Assembly: GCA_963796565.1 (NCBI GenBank)
Contig: CAWCMA010000011.1
Span: 198,039-262,038 of the forward strand
DNA: 64,000 bases
From: an uncultured delta proteobacterium
GTDB lineage: Bacteria > Desulfobacterota > Binatia > Binatales > Binataceae
Reading direction: 5' to 3'
The position numbers and the translations under genes are program-made. The notes beneath the pieces are model-generated. The model had not been told where the DNA came from, did not search any database, and was given only the letters and a program-made list of their open reading frames with translations. Positions 9,815 through 23,630 of the stretch are shown here, one piece after another. Numbering within the stretch: the stretch's first letter is position 1; every line of letters begins with the position of its first letter.

Positions 9815-12468
9815 TGCAGGTTCGCCTCGCGCGATAGCAGAGCAACGGGAAAGCGGCGCAAGAGCTCCGCGACACCGGTCAAACCCTGAACCCATCGATC
9901 GCCGGTGAGATGATTGAGCCAATTGCCTTCGGGCAGATCGATCGCCGTATCGCGCCAGTCGCCGCCCAATTTCACAACAAGTCGCGGAGCGACAGCGATC
10001 ACCGATCCGGCGCGCACGTATGCTATCGCGTGATCGGACCATCTGCCGTGCACGTTGAGTCGCTGAATATCCGCGTCAGCTCCGAACCATTCCGGATGGC
10101 GCCCGCGAAGCGCAAGCCCCTGTTTGATCAACCACAACTTGGGCAAACCATCGTCGGCACGTTCCATCACTTGTTCCGGCGTGGCATCGGGGATCTGTCT
10201 GAGCAGCGCGCGGCGCCGATCGAAGTCGACTGGCCGGCGGTTATCCGGATCGACCAGCGACAAGTCCCACAGCTCGCAGCCCTGATAAAAGTCCGGAACG
10301 CCTGGTGCCGTTAGTTTGATCAGGGTCTGCGCCAGCGAGTTGACGCGGCCCGGCTCGACTATCCCCGCGACGAATTCCTCGACCGCGCGCAGAAAGCGGG
10401 AATTCTCGTAGATCCCTTCAATGAATTTGCGGACCGAGTCCTCGTAGTCCTGATTCGGATCGGTCCAGCTCGTGTAGACCTTGGCTTCTCGCGTCGCCTT
10501 TTCCGCGTATTTGAGGATCCGCTCCCTCTCAATCGGCCACGCGCCGACGATCGCCTGATACAAATGATATTCGAAGTTGCGATCGGGGAAATTTCCAGTG
10601 CGATGCGGCTTGCTGATTTCCGACCACTCGCAACACGCGCGGCTCCAGGACTCGGGAATCTCGGACAGCACGAACAGACGCGCACGGACGTCCTCGCTGC
10701 GCTTGGTGTCATGCGTGGAGGTCGCGAGCATGGTGCGCGGCCATTTCTCGTGAATCTCGCGCGACCATTGATAGAAAGCCTGCTGGGTCATTCCGAAGGC
10801 ATCGGGGTCGCCGCCGACATCGTTGAGCGCGATCATCCGATTGAAGCTGTAGAAGGCGGTATCCTCGAGGCCTTTCGCCATCACGGCCGCGGAGGTCTGC
10901 TGAAAGCGCAAAGCCAGCTCGACCGCTACTTCGTTGGCCACTCTCAGGGTCAGAATCTCACCGAGGAAATCGAACAAACGCGGATCGAAATCGGGCCGAT
11001 ACGTTTTCGCCGCCGCGATCGCTTCGGCGATCAATCGTTCGTCCTCGCGCGAGACCTCGCCCGGGTCGCGCACGTAGGTGCGGTAAACGCCGAAGCACGC
11101 GAGCGTCGCGCGCAGGACTTCGTGAACGTCGTGCCGCGAATAGTCGCGATGCATGATGTCGGTCTCGCACAGGTCGAGGAATTGCGCGGTAAGCCGGTTG
11201 ATGTCGCTGCCCAGAGAGCCCCGCATCGCGAGCTGCTTTTTAGCCCGCACCAGCGACTGAAAATCAGCGGTCTCGCCGCTGAATTCCCGGTAGAACGCGG
11301 TCAAAGGTTCAGCGCCCGCGGGGTCGATCAGAAGCCGGCCCACGATGTTGAGAAAATCGTAGCCGGTGGTTCCGTCAATCGGCCACGAATCGCGCAGACG
11401 TTCGGTACCTGAGAGAATTTTCTCCACGACGATCCAGATGTCCGGACATACGGTTCGCAGACGCTCCAGGTAATGAAACGGATCGCGCAGGCCGTCGGGA
11501 TGATCGATCCTGAGACCGGAAAGGTGACCCTCGTTCACCCACTTCAGAGTCAGCGCGTGAGTCGCCTGGAATACCTGCACGTTCTCCATCCGCAGACCGA
11601 CCAGCGACGATATGTCGAAGAAGCGCCGATAGCCGAGATCTCTCGCGGCCATTCGCCAATACGAAAGCCGATAGTTCTGGGCTTCCAATACCTGATGCAG
11701 TTGAGCGGTATCGGCGTTGATTTGCTCGATTGCCCGATCGATGGCGTCGGCGATTGCTGGATCGTCGTGAATCAACTGGGTGAGCATCGCAGCAAACAAC
11801 TTGCGATCACGATTACGCCGCGTGATATTTCCGAGATCCGTCGAGGCTGGCGACGGGAGCTCCTCGAAAGCATCGGCGAGGTAGTCAAGCGAATCCGAGG
11901 GATAGATCCGCGCCGCCGCGGCCAGGATGAACCTGAGCGACCGCGGCCCAAGCGGGAAGATGCGATCATCGACTCTGATCACGAAGTCACCGCTCTCGTG
12001 GCCTATCTGAAGCTTGCCGGCCGCAAGCAGGACGCCATACTGATCCGCCAAAACCGGCAGCAACACCATGTTGTGCAGGCGGCGTTCCGGCGGTTCCCAA
12101 TCAACGTCGAAGAACGCGGCAAACAGACTGGACGGCCCATTTTGCAAAACGTCCCACCACCATGGATTCTCCCGGCCGGTGATCGCCATGTGGTTGGGGA
12201 CGATATCCAGCAACTGGCGCATGCCGTTGCGCTCGATCGCGGCGCACATCCGCGCGTGACCGAGCGCTCCGCCCAACTCTTCGTTGGCGCGGGAATGATC
12301 GACAACGTCATAGCCGTGGGTGCTGCCCGGCGCAGCCTGAAAATACGGCGAGCAATATAGATGATCGATTCCGAGCTCTTTCAGATACGGCACCAGATTG
12401 GCCGCCGCATCGAAATCAAACTGACGATTCAGTTGGATCCGGTAGGTCGAGGTCGGTTCACGCGCCAC
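9811..12468 (-). CDS. treY: Malto-oligosyltrehalose synthase (GH13)
   Basis: PTSTYRIQ, GSTHGYDVVD, DIVPNHM, YRRFFDI, GLRIDHPDGL, VVEKIL, STHDTKRSEDVRAR. Confidence 0.95.
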   Translation of the reverse strand: MAREPTSTYRIQLNRQFDFDAAANLVPYLKELGIDHLYCSPYFQAAPGSTHGYDVVDHSRANEELGGALGHARMCAAIERNGMRQLLDIVPNHMAITGRENPWWWDVLQNGPSSLFAAFFDVDWEPPERRLHNMVLLPVLADQYGVLLAAGKLQIGHESGDFVIRVDDRIFPLGPRSLRFILAAAARIYPSDSLDYLADAFEELPSPASTDLGNITRRNRDRKLFAAMLTQLIHDDPAIADAIDRAIEQINADTAQLHQVLEAQNYRLSYWRMAARDLGYRRFFDISSLVGLRMENVQVFQATHALTLKWVNEGHLSGLRIDHPDGLRDPFHYLERLRTVCPDIWIVVEKILSGTERLRDSWPIDGTTGYDFLNIVGRLLIDPAGAEPLTAFYREFSGETADFQSLVRAKKQLAMRGSLGSDINRLTAQFLDLCETDIMHRDYSRHDVHEVLRATLACFGVYRTYVRDPGEVSREDERLIAEAIAAAKTYRPDFDPRLFDFLGEILTLRVANEVAVELALRFQQTSAAVMAKGLEDTAFYSFNRMIALNDVGGDPDAFGMTQQAFYQWSREIHEKWPRTMLATSTHDTKRSEDVRARLFVLSEIPESWSRACCEWSEISKPHRTGNFPDRNFEYHLYQAIVGAWPIERERILKYAEKATREAKVYTSWTDPNQDYEDSVRKFIEGIYENSRFLRAVEEFVAGIVEPGRVNSLAQTLIKLTAPGVPDFYQGCELWDLSLVDPDNRRPVDFDRRRALLRQIPDATPEQVMERADDGLPKLWLIKQGLALRGRHPEWFGADADIQRLNVHGRWSDHAIAYVRAGSVIAVAPRLVVKLGGDWRDTAIDLPEGNWLNHLTGDRWVQGLTGVAELLRRFPVALLSREANLQ

Positions 12469-12554
12469 GGCTCATAACCACCAATGATCGCGGCTCGATC
12501 GAAAGCTCGCGGTGCGCCGCACGATCGCCGGCGCCGCCGTGATGAGACGTGACA

Positions 12555-13724
12555 CTAGGATTCGCAGCCGTACACGCGCATTACGTTGTCGCCCAGCACC
12601 TTGCGACGCGCCCCCTCGCTGAGTTTGGCAGCCATCTCCTCCAACTCTTCGATATAGCCGCCGGTGTGATCGGGATGCGGAAAATCCGAGGCCCAAAAGA
12701 ACTTGTCCGCGCCGCAAAGCTCGACCATCGCGGGCAACGCATGCTCGTCAGGATCGGCGGAGACCCAGCATTGGCGCTGGAAATACTCGCTCGGCTTGTG
12801 GCGCAGCGGCATCGCACGCCCGACCAGCGTCTCGTACACCGCGTCGAGCCGGTCGAGCCAGTAGCTGACCCATCCGCCGCCGACTTCGAGCACCACCAGC
12901 TTGAGGCGGGGGAAGCGGTCGAAAGTGCCGAAATGAAAAAAGCTGGTGAAGGCGTGACGAGCGGCGTCCGAGGCTGTGACGTTGAGAAACATCGGATGCT
13001 CGCGCACGTATTTGTAGTCGTAACGCCCCGGCAGCGCCCATACCGGCTCGAGCGTGGGATGAATTCCGAAGGGAACGCCAAGGTCCTGCGCTTTGGCGAA
13101 TACCACGTCGTGATCGGGATGAGCGTGCGGCTTGCGGGTCATGGTGAATTGCGCGACCCACGCCCCTTTGCATCCGTCGCGCACCGCGCGCTCGAGCTCA
13201 TTGGCGGCGGCCTCGGGATCGCCGAGCGAGAGATGAGCAATCGGGACCAGGCGCCCGCCGCTGTCCGAACAGAAGTCGACGATCCAGCGGTTGTACGCGC
13301 GCGTGTAGGCTTGCGCCAATTCGACGTCCTCGCACTCAGTCTCCCAGAACAGGCTCACGGTTGGATAGAGGAAGGCGGCGCGCAATCCTTCGAGGTCAAG
13401 CCGCGTCAGGCGATCGCGCGCATCCAGCGCGCCGAGCGGGGGATCTTCGCCGTAGCTTAGTTGCTCGATCTCGCGATGCGCATCGCGCGGCGTGCCCATC
13501 GAGCACATTCGCGCGAACACCGGCCCGCGGGTGATTTTCGAGGGGCGTCCCGCGATTTCCAGGTACTGCGTGCCGCTGGCGTCGCGCTTGATTCGAAGCG
13601 CCATCGGCTCGTACTTCGCTTCCAGGTAGTTCTCCCACAGGTCGGCCGCCTCCAAAATATGCCCGTCCGCGTCAACCGCGCCTTCGAACCGAAGTTTTTG
13701 AATCCGATCGTATTTCGCCGCCAT
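12555..13724 (-). CDS. Amidohydrolase family 2 metal-dependent hydrolase/decarboxylase
   Basis: DADGHILE, GIHP, WASDFPHPD; ATG at 13724. Confidence 0.85.
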   Translation of the reverse strand: MAAKYDRIQKLRFEGAVDADGHILEAADLWENYLEAKYEPMALRIKRDASGTQYLEIAGRPSKITRGPVFARMCSMGTPRDAHREIEQLSYGEDPPLGALDARDRLTRLDLEGLRAAFLYPTVSLFWETECEDVELAQAYTRAYNRWIVDFCSDSGGRLVPIAHLSLGDPEAAANELERAVRDGCKGAWVAQFTMTRKPHAHPDHDVVFAKAQDLGVPFGIHPTLEPVWALPGRYDYKYVREHPMFLNVTASDAARHAFTSFFHFGTFDRFPRLKLVVLEVGGGWVSYWLDRLDAVYETLVGRAMPLRHKPSEYFQRQCWVSADPDEHALPAMVELCGADKFFWASDFPHPDHTGGYIEELEEMAAKLSEGARRKVLGDNVMRVYGCES

Positions 13725-13790
13725 GTCTTCGAACCTCCCGCGCCTGGGCGCCGCCATCTAGCGAGTCGCCTGGAATCGCGGCACGCGCAC

Positions 13791-14675
13791 TTAGAGCTCC
13801 AGCGCGCTGGCCGTGCCGACGGCCGTCTTGGTGCCGTCGGATTTTTCGCACCATACCTCGACTTCGGCGCGGGTGCGAGCGCCTTCGCGCCGATGCTCCA
13901 GGATGCGGCCACGCGCAGCGCTGGTTTCGTTGGCCCACAGCACGTTGACCAGGCGCAGGTCGAAGCGTCCGCCGCAGAGGAAGCCAACTCCGAACCGCCG
14001 CGTCATCATCGCACCGGCCAGACACACCGACAGCATCCCCTGGACGACGATCTCGGGAAAGCCGAGTTCGCGCGCCGCGTCGCGGTCGGTATGGTAGTTG
14101 CGCGCCGGCCCTGAGAAGGCCATGCACATCGCTTCGCTCACGTGAATCATCGGCGATTCGATTGGCTCGCCGCCGCGCTCTCCGACCTTGAACGTGCGCG
14201 CCGCATCGCGCTCGCGCGACTTGTCGACCGCGAACGAGCCCCCAGCGGCCTCGGGCAGCAGGAAGCTCTGATGGGTGCGGCCGCGTGTCACCACCCGTCC
14301 GCCGGCGTTGAAGATCAGCGTTTCGTTGACCACGTACTCGCGGTCGCGCTTGATATAGCGCTCGACGATCACGGATCGCGAGTGCAGGCGTTCGCCCACC
14401 ATCACGGGTGCGAGAAAATCGAATTCCTGGCGCGCGTGCAGGTTGCCGTAGAGGTTGGGCAGGTACCAGCTATGCGTATGGAAGACCGCCGAGTGCACGA
14501 TCAGCGCCGGCGCGACGGGGCCCCCCAGTGGCGAGCGCCCGCGATACCAAGGATTATCGTCGCCGGTGCCTGCGATGTAGCGTTCGATCACGTCCGGAGT
14601 GATTTCGTACTCGGCTCCACCATAGTCGCGGCCTACATAGACCTCGCTCTCGTCAAACACACTCGTCGTCTCCAT
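13791..14675 (-). CDS. Double-hotdog MaoC-like dehydratase
   Basis: N-half GTGDDNPWY...PVAPALIV; C-half RNYHTDRDAARELGFPEIVVQGML. Confidence 0.75.
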   Translation of the reverse strand: METTSVFDESEVYVGRDYGGAEYEITPDVIERYIAGTGDDNPWYRGRSPLGGPVAPALIVHSAVFHTHSWYLPNLYGNLHARQEFDFLAPVMVGERLHSRSVIVERYIKRDREYVVNETLIFNAGGRVVTRGRTHQSFLLPEAAGGSFAVDKSRERDAARTFKVGERGGEPIESPMIHVSEAMCMAFSGPARNYHTDRDAARELGFPEIVVQGMLSVCLAGAMMTRRFGVGFLCGGRFDLRLVNVLWANETSAARGRILEHRREGARTRAEVEVWCEKSDGTKTAVGTASALEL

Positions 14676-14696
14676 CGCGCTCGCGCCTCATCGCCG

Positions 14697-15095
14697 TCAG
14701 GCCTTTTTGATTTTTTTCTTCAGCCGCTCGTCGAACTTCGCACGATCGGCCACCGCGCGGCTATGTGTGCCGGTCCCGATCTCGTCCATCTCGTCGGCCG
14801 CGCGCACGTTGAACTCGACGCGCCGCCCGTCGACCTTGGTCACCTCGGCGTAGGCGGTGACCTTGTGGCCCTCGGGCGTGGCGGCGAGATGCTGAACGTT
14901 GACCACGATCCCGACCGACATCTCGCCGGGCTCCATGTACGGCCTCATCGCGTCGATCGCCGCCATCTCCATCATCAGGCTCATCACGCAGGTGGCCATC
15001 ACCGGCGGCAACGACGGCTCCATCGTGCCCGCCAGATCCTTTTGTCCAACCGTGATACTGTGGCTGCCCTTGGTTCCCACCGGTATCGGTCGCAT
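14697..15095 (-). CDS. Thioesterase, fluoroacetyl-CoA thioesterase (FlK)-like
   Basis: VMATCVMSLMMEMAA...SVG..V.V.HLAATP.G carrying the Thr/Glu/His triad pattern. Confidence 0.8.
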   Translation of the reverse strand: MRPIPVGTKGSHSITVGQKDLAGTMEPSLPPVMATCVMSLMMEMAAIDAMRPYMEPGEMSVGIVVNVQHLAATPEGHKVTAYAEVTKVDGRRVEFNVRAADEMDEIGTGTHSRAVADRAKFDERLKKKIKKA

Positions 15096-15121
15096 CGTAG
15101 TCCCCGCCTCCTGGTATTCGT

Positions 15122-15745
15122 CTACGCGGCGCGCGTGCGCCGGAGCTTCATCTGGTCGAGTTTCTTTATCATCCATTCGACGCGGTCGTTGCCCCAAAAC
15201 AGCTCACCCGCGACGTTGAAGGTGGGCACGCCGAACACACCGTCACGCTCGGCTTCCGCGGCCGCGGCTCGGAGATCGCCCGCGCCGTCGCTATCCGCGT
15301 AGCGGCGAAAGCCCGCGGCATCGAGGCCAACTTCCGACATCACGGCCGCGAGCGCATCGAAGTCCTCTATATTGAGCTCGCGTTTGAAGAAGCGCTCGAA
15401 CACGCGATCCGCATACGGCCGGAAATGCCCGTTGCGCTCCGCATACAACCCGCTCATCAGCGCGAGCCGCGAGTCGAAAATCTTTTGCGGGCCGCGGATG
15501 ATGATACCGCGCTCGTTGGCGAAGCGGCGCACATCCATATAGAGGTAGCGCACTTTGTCCCAATCGCGCTGAGCGCGCTGTTCGAGTTCCCCGCCATACG
15601 CCTCGCGCACCGCGAGTTCGAGCGGGATGAAGCGCAAACGCACGCGATGTGATTCTTCGAGCCGGTACGCCGGCTCCATCGCCAGGTACGTGAACGGGCT
15701 CTTGAAGTCGTAATAGAGCTTTATTGTCTCGGCAACGTCGGCCAT
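15122..15745 (-). CDS. DsbA-family / 2-hydroxychromene-2-carboxylate isomerase-like (kappa GST) protein
   Basis: YYDFKSPFTYLA and GVFGVPTFNVAGELFWGNDR. Confidence 0.85.
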   Translation of the reverse strand: MADVAETIKLYYDFKSPFTYLAMEPAYRLEESHRVRLRFIPLELAVREAYGGELEQRAQRDWDKVRYLYMDVRRFANERGIIIRGPQKIFDSRLALMSGLYAERNGHFRPYADRVFERFFKRELNIEDFDALAAVMSEVGLDAAGFRRYADSDGAGDLRAAAAEAERDGVFGVPTFNVAGELFWGNDRVEWMIKKLDQMKLRRTRAA

Positions 15746-15915
15746 CGATACCACCCATCAAGTGGCTTAGCCTAAAAGCGCGCGGCGAAAAAGTGCGCCG
15801 AACCATCGGTGATCGGCCGCGCGCACGCAATCCCCGCTCGATTCGCCCGGCTCGGGATGCGAAGATAGTCGTTGGGCCGGTGGCAGTGTCAGGATGCTTT
15901 TCGAGGGAGCCCATA

Positions 15916-17931
15916 ATGGCAAAGAGGCGTTCCACCAATTCCAGCGCTATGTCACGCCCAGTGCAAACCGAGGCGGCCGCGGGGGCGCCGCCTCCGTCGC
16001 AATACCATGTTATCGAAACAATCACGCCGATGGTCGACTGCGGCCGCTATCCGGTCAAACGCGTGATGGGCGAACCATGTGTGGTCGAGGCCGACATTTT
16101 TCGCGACGGCGACCACGTGCTGCACGCGGTGATCAAATGGCGGTCCGGGGGCGAGACGCAATTCTCCGAATCGCCGATGGTGCACGTGGACAACGATCGC
16201 TGGCGCGGAGAGTTCCCGCTCGATCGCAATGACCGCTATTGTTTCACGATCGAGGCGTGGACCGATCTCTTCGCTTCGTGGGAGCGAGGCTTCAGGAAAA
16301 AGGCCGAAGCAGGGCGCGACGTCGCCTCTGACCTGCTCGAGGGAATCGCGTTCATCGAGTCCGGTGCGCGCCGCGCCCAAGGCCCGGACCGAACGGCGAT
16401 CGACTCCGCGCTCGAGCGGTTGCGCGCGCTCGGCGAGCCGCGCGATGCGGTCGCGATTGTTTCGGACCAGCAGTTGCTCGACCTGATGGCGCGATGGGGC
16501 GAGCGTTGGAGCGCCACCGAGTATCGGCCGTTACTTGAGGTGACGGCCGACCGACCATTGGCGCGCTGCGGCGCCTGGTACGAGATGTTCCCGCGCTCGC
16601 AAGGGGACGTCCCGGGACGTGCCGCGACGCTGCGGGATGCGGAACGCCGGCTGCCCGCGATTCGCGACCTCGGATTCGACGTCGTTTACCTCGCCCCCAT
16701 TCATCCGGTCGGCCATACGCATCGCAAGGGGCCCAACAACACGCTGACTCCGTTACCTGACAGTCCCGGCAGTCCGTGGGCGATCGGCAGCGAAGCCGGC
16801 GGCCATACGGCGATCGAGCCTGCGCTTGGCGGGCTTGATGATTTCGATCACTTCGTAGCGGCGGCCCGGCGCCTGAGGCTGGAGGTCGCGATCGATTTCG
16901 CGATCCAATGCTCGCCCGACCATCCGTGGGTGCGCGAGCATCCGGAATGGTTCCGGCATCGGCCCGACGGCTCAATCAAGTATGCGGAGAATCCGCCCAA
17001 GGAGTACCAGGACATCTATCCGCTCGACTTCGAGGGACCGGCGGCCGGAGCCTTGATGGAGGCGTGCAAGGAAGTGGTGCTGTTCTGGATCGGCCACGGC
17101 GTGCGGATTTTCCGGGTCGACAACCCGCATACCAAGCCGGTGGCGTTCTGGCGCTGGCTTATCGGAGAAGTGCGGGAGCGTCATCCGGACACCATCTTCC
17201 TGGCGGAAGCGTTCACGCGGCCCAAAGTAATGAAGGCGCTGGCCAAGGCGGGCTTTACCCAGTCGTATACTTATTTTACCTGGCGCCACACGAAAGCCGA
17301 ACTGACTGAGTATCTGACCGAATTGAGCGAACCGCCAACGAGCGATTTCTTTCGGCCAAATTTCTTTACCAACACGCCGGACATCCTGAGCCCGATTTTG
17401 CAGCGCTACGGGCGTCCGGCGTTCAAGATGCGGCTGGTGCTGGCGGCGACTCTGTCGCCGTCCTACGGCATATACAGCGGCTACGAATTGTGTGAGAACC
17501 AAGCCGTCCCCGGCACCGAGGATTATCTGAATTCCGAGAAGTACGAAATTCGCACGCGCGACTGGCACGCTCCCGGCAATATCAACGAGTTTGTCGCACG
17601 CATCAATGCGATCCGGCGCGACAATCCCTGCCTCGGCATACTGACCAACCTGCGCTTCCTGGAGACCGACAGCGACGAGATCCTCTTCTACGCCAAGGCC
17701 ACGCCCGACGGCGGCAATGTTATCCTGGTCGCGGTCAATCTCGACCCCGCCCAGCCGCATTACTGCACCGCCGTCGTGCCGCCCGATATCGTGGGCGTCG
17801 CGGCGGGAGAGAGTTATGGGGTGACGGATCTGGTGACGGGTTCGTCGTGGACCTGGGGCGAACGCAACTACGTGCGGCTTGATCCGGCGATCGAGCCGGC
17901 CCACATCCTGCTGGTCACGAGACACACATGA
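15916..17931 (+). CDS. glgE: Alpha-1,4-glucan:maltose-1-phosphate maltosyltransferase
   Basis: WYEMFPRS, PIHPVG..HRKGPNN, SPWAIGS..GGH, NPPKEYQDIYP, RVDNPHTKP, FLAEAFTRP, NTPDIL; RBS GAGGGAG before ATG 15916. Confidence 0.95.
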   Translation: MAKRRSTNSSAMSRPVQTEAAAGAPPPSQYHVIETITPMVDCGRYPVKRVMGEPCVVEADIFRDGDHVLHAVIKWRSGGETQFSESPMVHVDNDRWRGEFPLDRNDRYCFTIEAWTDLFASWERGFRKKAEAGRDVASDLLEGIAFIESGARRAQGPDRTAIDSALERLRALGEPRDAVAIVSDQQLLDLMARWGERWSATEYRPLLEVTADRPLARCGAWYEMFPRSQGDVPGRAATLRDAERRLPAIRDLGFDVVYLAPIHPVGHTHRKGPNNTLTPLPDSPGSPWAIGSEAGGHTAIEPALGGLDDFDHFVAAARRLRLEVAIDFAIQCSPDHPWVREHPEWFRHRPDGSIKYAENPPKEYQDIYPLDFEGPAAGALMEACKEVVLFWIGHGVRIFRVDNPHTKPVAFWRWLIGEVRERHPDTIFLAEAFTRPKVMKALAKAGFTQSYTYFTWRHTKAELTEYLTELSEPPTSDFFRPNFFTNTPDILSPILQRYGRPAFKMRLVLAATLSPSYGIYSGYELCENQAVPGTEDYLNSEKYEIRTRDWHAPGNINEFVARINAIRRDNPCLGILTNLRFLETDSDEILFYAKATPDGGNVILVAVNLDPAQPHYCTAVVPPDIVGVAAGESYGVTDLVTGSSWTWGERNYVRLDPAIEPAHILLVTRHT

Positions 17932-20900
17932 AGAAGAACGGCAACAACAGCGCGCTGCCCAACGATCCCCTGTGGTACAAGGACGCGATCTTTTACGAGC
18001 TGCGCGTGCGCTCGTTCTATGACAGCAATGGCGACGGGGTGGGGGACTTTCCGGGCCTGACGCGCAAGCTCGACTATTTGCGCGACCTCGGTATCACCAC
18101 GATCTGGCTGCTCCCCTTCTATCCGTCGCCGATGCGTGATGACGGGTACGACATCTCCGACTACACGGGCGTGCATCCCGACTGCGGCACGCTGGGCGAT
18201 TTCAAAGCTTTCCTGCGCGCGGCGCACGAGCGGGGACTGCGCGTAGTGACCGAGTTGGTGCTCAACCATACCTCGGACCAGCATCCGTGGTTCCAGCGCG
18301 CGCGCCGCTCCCCGCCGGGCAGCCCCTATCGCGACTTTTACGTCTGGAGCGATACGCCCGAGCGCTACAAGGAAGCGCGGGTCATCTTCAAAGACTTCGA
18401 GCTGTCGAACTGGACCTGGGATCCGGTGGCCAAGGCGTATTATTGGCATCGCTTCTATTCGCATCAGCCGGATCTCAACTACGACAATCCGGCGCTCAAG
18501 CGCGCGGCCTTTCGTGCGGTGCACTTCTGGTTCGGGATGGGAGTCGACGGCCTGCGGCTCGATGCGGTGCCGTACCTGTTCGAGCGCGATGGCACGACTT
18601 GCGAGAACCTGCCCGAGACCCACGCCTTTCTGCGCGAGTTGCGCCGCCACGTGGACGCGAACTTTACCAACCGGATGCTGCTGGCCGAGGCCAACCAGTG
18701 GCCCGAGGACGCGGTCACCTATCTCGAAGGCGGCAAGGAATGCCACATGGCGTTCCATTTTCCGATAATGCCGCGGATGTACATGGCGGTGCGGATGGAG
18801 GATCGCTTTCCGCTGACCGACATCTGGGCACAGACGCCGCCGATCGAGGAGTCCTGCCAATGGGCGATCTTTCTGCGCAATCACGACGAGCTGACACTCG
18901 AGATGGTGACTGAGGAGGAGCGCGACTTCATGTACCGCGCGTATGCGCGCGAGTCGCGGATGCGGGTCAACCTCGGCATCCGCCGCCGGCTGGCGCCGTT
19001 GCTCGGTAACAATCGCCGCGCGATGGAACTCATGAACGGCCTGTTGCTGTCGCTGCCCGGTACTCCGGTCATCTACTACGGGGACGAGATCGGGATGGGC
19101 GACAACATCTATCTCGGCGATCGCGACGGCGTGCGCACGCCGATGCAGTGGAGCGGCGATCGCAACGCGGGCTTTTCGGCGACCGATCCGCAGCGGCTCA
19201 TCCTGCCGGTGATTATCGATCACGAGTACCACTACCAGACCGTCAACGTGGAGAACCAGGAACACAACGTCCACTCGATGCTGTGGTGGATGCGCCGGGT
19301 GATCGCGCTGCGCAAGCAGTTTAAAGCCTTCGGACGCGGCACGGTCGAGTTTCTCAGCCCCGAAAATCCGCACGTGCTGGCCTTCCTGCGCATCTACCAG
19401 GACGAGCGCATCCTGGTAGTCGCCAATCTTTCGCGGTTCGTGCAGTATGTCGAACTCGACCTCGCGCGCTTCAAGGGGATGGTGCCGGTAGAGCTGTTCG
19501 GCCGTACTAAGTTTCCCGCGATCTCTGAAAAGCCCTATCTGCTCACGCTCGGGCCGCATCTGTTCGATTGGTTCTCGATCAGACCGCCGCTCCATACCCC
19601 GGTCGCGGTTGAGGGCGTGCGCAACGAGGTCGCGCGCATCGAAAGTCCGGCCGGATGGGAAGGCTTCATGCGCGGCGAGGGCTGGGAGATGCTGGCCAAG
19701 GCGATGCCGGATTTCCTGCCGCGATGCCGATGGTTCCGCAGCAAAGCGCGCTCGATAAAGGCGGTCAGGATTGCCGACACGATGGCGCTGGTTGAGGGCC
19801 CCGGCGGAGCGCATCTGGTGCTGGCCAACGTCGAGTACACCAACGCCGAGCCCGAGACCTACGTAATCCCGCTGGCTCTGGGAACCGACGGTGGTGCGCC
19901 GACCGAGGAACATCCGGAGTTGACCGTCGCGCACCTGCGGCTCAATGGCGCCCGCAATGTGGTCGAAGGGCGGCTGTTCGAGGCCTCGGCCGACCCGCGC
20001 TTTGACGAAGCGCTGCTCGAAATGGTCGAGCGGCGGCGTCGCGTGCGCGGCCAGCGCGGCGAGCTTATTGCGACGGCCGTGCCGGCGTGGCGCGGGTTGC
20101 GAGGCGACCGCGAAAGCCCGTGCGAGCCACGCGCACTCAAGGCCGAGCAGAGCAATTCCTCGGTGATCTATGGCGACCGTTTGATCCTGAAGCTCTTTCG
20201 CATGCTTGAGCCCGGTATCAATCCCGACCTCGAGATCGGCCGCATGTTCGACGCGCATGCGCACTTCGCCCACACGCCGCCGCTCGCGGGATGGCTCGAG
20301 TACCAGGTCGGACGCGACGAGCCGAGCACGGTCGGCTTGCTCCACGGCTTCATTCCCAACCAGGGCGATGCCTGGACGCATACACAGGGCGAGCTCAGCC
20401 AGTATTTCGAGCGCGCGTTGACCTTTAAGGGCCGCACGGTCGAGCTGCCGGCCAAGCCACTGGTAAGCCTGGTTGCAGAGGATCGACCGGGGCCGATGGT
20501 GACGGAGGCTATCGGAGCGTTTCTGGAAACCGCGGGGCTCCTGGGCCAGCGCACCGCCGAGCTGCATGTCGCGATGGCCGCGGCCATCGATGATCCGGCC
20601 TTTGCCCCCGAGCTCTACTCGCCGCTGTATCAGCGCTCGGAGTACCAGTCGATGCGCAATCTGGCGGGCCAGGTTCTTCGCCTGCTGCGTGCGCGTCTGC
20701 CCTTGCTGCCGGAGACCGAACGGGCGAAGGCGAGCGGCCTGCTCGCGAACCCGGAGGTCGTGACCGCGCGCTTTCAGGAGTATTTGCGGCGCAGATTCAC
20801 CGTCACGCGCATTCGCACCCACGGCGACTTACATCTCGGACAAGTGCTACACACCGGGAAGGACTTCGCCATAATCGACTTCGAGGGTGAGCCGGCGCGT

Positions 20901-21278
20901 CCTCTGAGCGAACGGCGGCGCAAGCGCTCAGCGCTGCGCGACGTGTCGGGGATGCTGCGCTCGTTTCATTACGCGGTGATGGGTTCGATGCTTGAACATC
21001 TGCGGACCGGCACGCTGAGTCCCAGCATGCTCGAAACGTTGAGGCCGTGGGCGCGGCTGTGGCAAGTATGGGCCTCGTGGGCTTATCTAAAGGAATACTT
21101 GAAGACAGCGGAAGGGGCGGATTTCGTCCCCGGCGATCGCGAAGAGCTGAGAATTCTGCTCGACGCCTTTTTGCTCGACAAGGCGATCTACGAGCTGAGC
21201 TACGAACTGAACAACCGCCCCGACTGGCTGACTATTCCGCTGCAGGGCATCAGTCAGATTCTTAGTGGGACAGTCTAG
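17928..21278 (+). CDS. treS: Trehalose synthase-maltokinase (TreS-Pep2/Mak) fusion
   Basis: [37 protein letters not shown]; C-terminal kinase motifs [26 protein letters not shown]. Confidence 0.95.
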   Translation: MKKNGNNSALPNDPLWYKDAIFYELRVRSFYDSNGDGVGDFPGLTRKLDYLRDLGITTIWLLPFYPSPMRDDGYDISDYTGVHPDCGTLGDFKAFLRAAHERGLRVVTELVLNHTSDQHPWFQRARRSPPGSPYRDFYVWSDTPERYKEARVIFKDFELSNWTWDPVAKAYYWHRFYSHQPDLNYDNPALKRAAFRAVHFWFGMGVDGLRLDAVPYLFERDGTTCENLPETHAFLRELRRHVDANFTNRMLLAEANQWPEDAVTYLEGGKECHMAFHFPIMPRMYMAVRMEDRFPLTDIWAQTPPIEESCQWAIFLRNHDELTLEMVTEEERDFMYRAYARESRMRVNLGIRRRLAPLLGNNRRAMELMNGLLLSLPGTPVIYYGDEIGMGDNIYLGDRDGVRTPMQWSGDRNAGFSATDPQRLILPVIIDHEYHYQTVNVENQEHNVHSMLWWMRRVIALRKQFKAFGRGTVEFLSPENPHVLAFLRIYQDERILVVANLSRFVQYVELDLARFKGMVPVELFGRTKFPAISEKPYLLTLGPHLFDWFSIRPPLHTPVAVEGVRNEVARIESPAGWEGFMRGEGWEMLAKAMPDFLPRCRWFRSKARSIKAVRIADTMALVEGPGGAHLVLANVEYTNAEPETYVIPLALGTDGGAPTEEHPELTVAHLRLNGARNVVEGRLFEASADPRFDEALLEMVERRRRVRGQRGELIATAVPAWRGLRGDRESPCEPRALKAEQSNSSVIYGDRLILKLFRMLEPGINPDLEIGRMFDAHAHFAHTPPLAGWLEYQVGRDEPSTVGLLHGFIPNQGDAWTHTQGELSQYFERALTFKGRTVELPAKPLVSLVAEDRPGPMVTEAIGAFLETAGLLGQRTAELHVAMAAAIDDPAFAPELYSPLYQRSEYQSMRNLAGQVLRLLRARLPLLPETERAKASGLLANPEVVTARFQEYLRRRFTVTRIRTHGDLHLGQVLHTGKDFAIIDFEGEPARPLSERRRKRSALRDVSGMLRSFHYAVMGSMLEHLRTGTLSPSMLETLRPWARLWQVWASWAYLKEYLKTAEGADFVPGDREELRILLDAFLLDKAIYELSYELNNRPDWLTIPLQGISQILSGTV

Positions 21279-21306
21279 CAGGGGGTGGAAGAGGAAAGGG
21301 ATTTCG

Positions 21307-23523
<2,217 letters not shown>

Positions 23524-23540
23524 AAACCTTCGCCGGTTCC

Positions 23541-23568
23541 TTGCAAACCGGTTGGGAGCGGCTATGAT
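23541..23568 (+). promoter_or_regulatory. Possible sigma70-type promoter for the SnoaL gene
   Basis: TTGCAA-16 nt-TATGAT. Confidence 0.35.
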
Positions 23569-23630
23569 GCGCGCTGTATGATGCTCGGCTTAGGATGGCC
23601 GGCTGGCGCTTCCAGGGAGGGAGCCGCGCG

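Noticed and set aside
17868-20822. 984-aa antisense ORF opposite treS
   Set aside because: Stop-free antisense frame expected in high-GC3 genes; no recognisable motif. The same applies to 6005..7237, 14142..15302 and 11473..12360
17928-21278. TreS-maltokinase fusion as a novelty
   Set aside because: Well-known, widespread architecture
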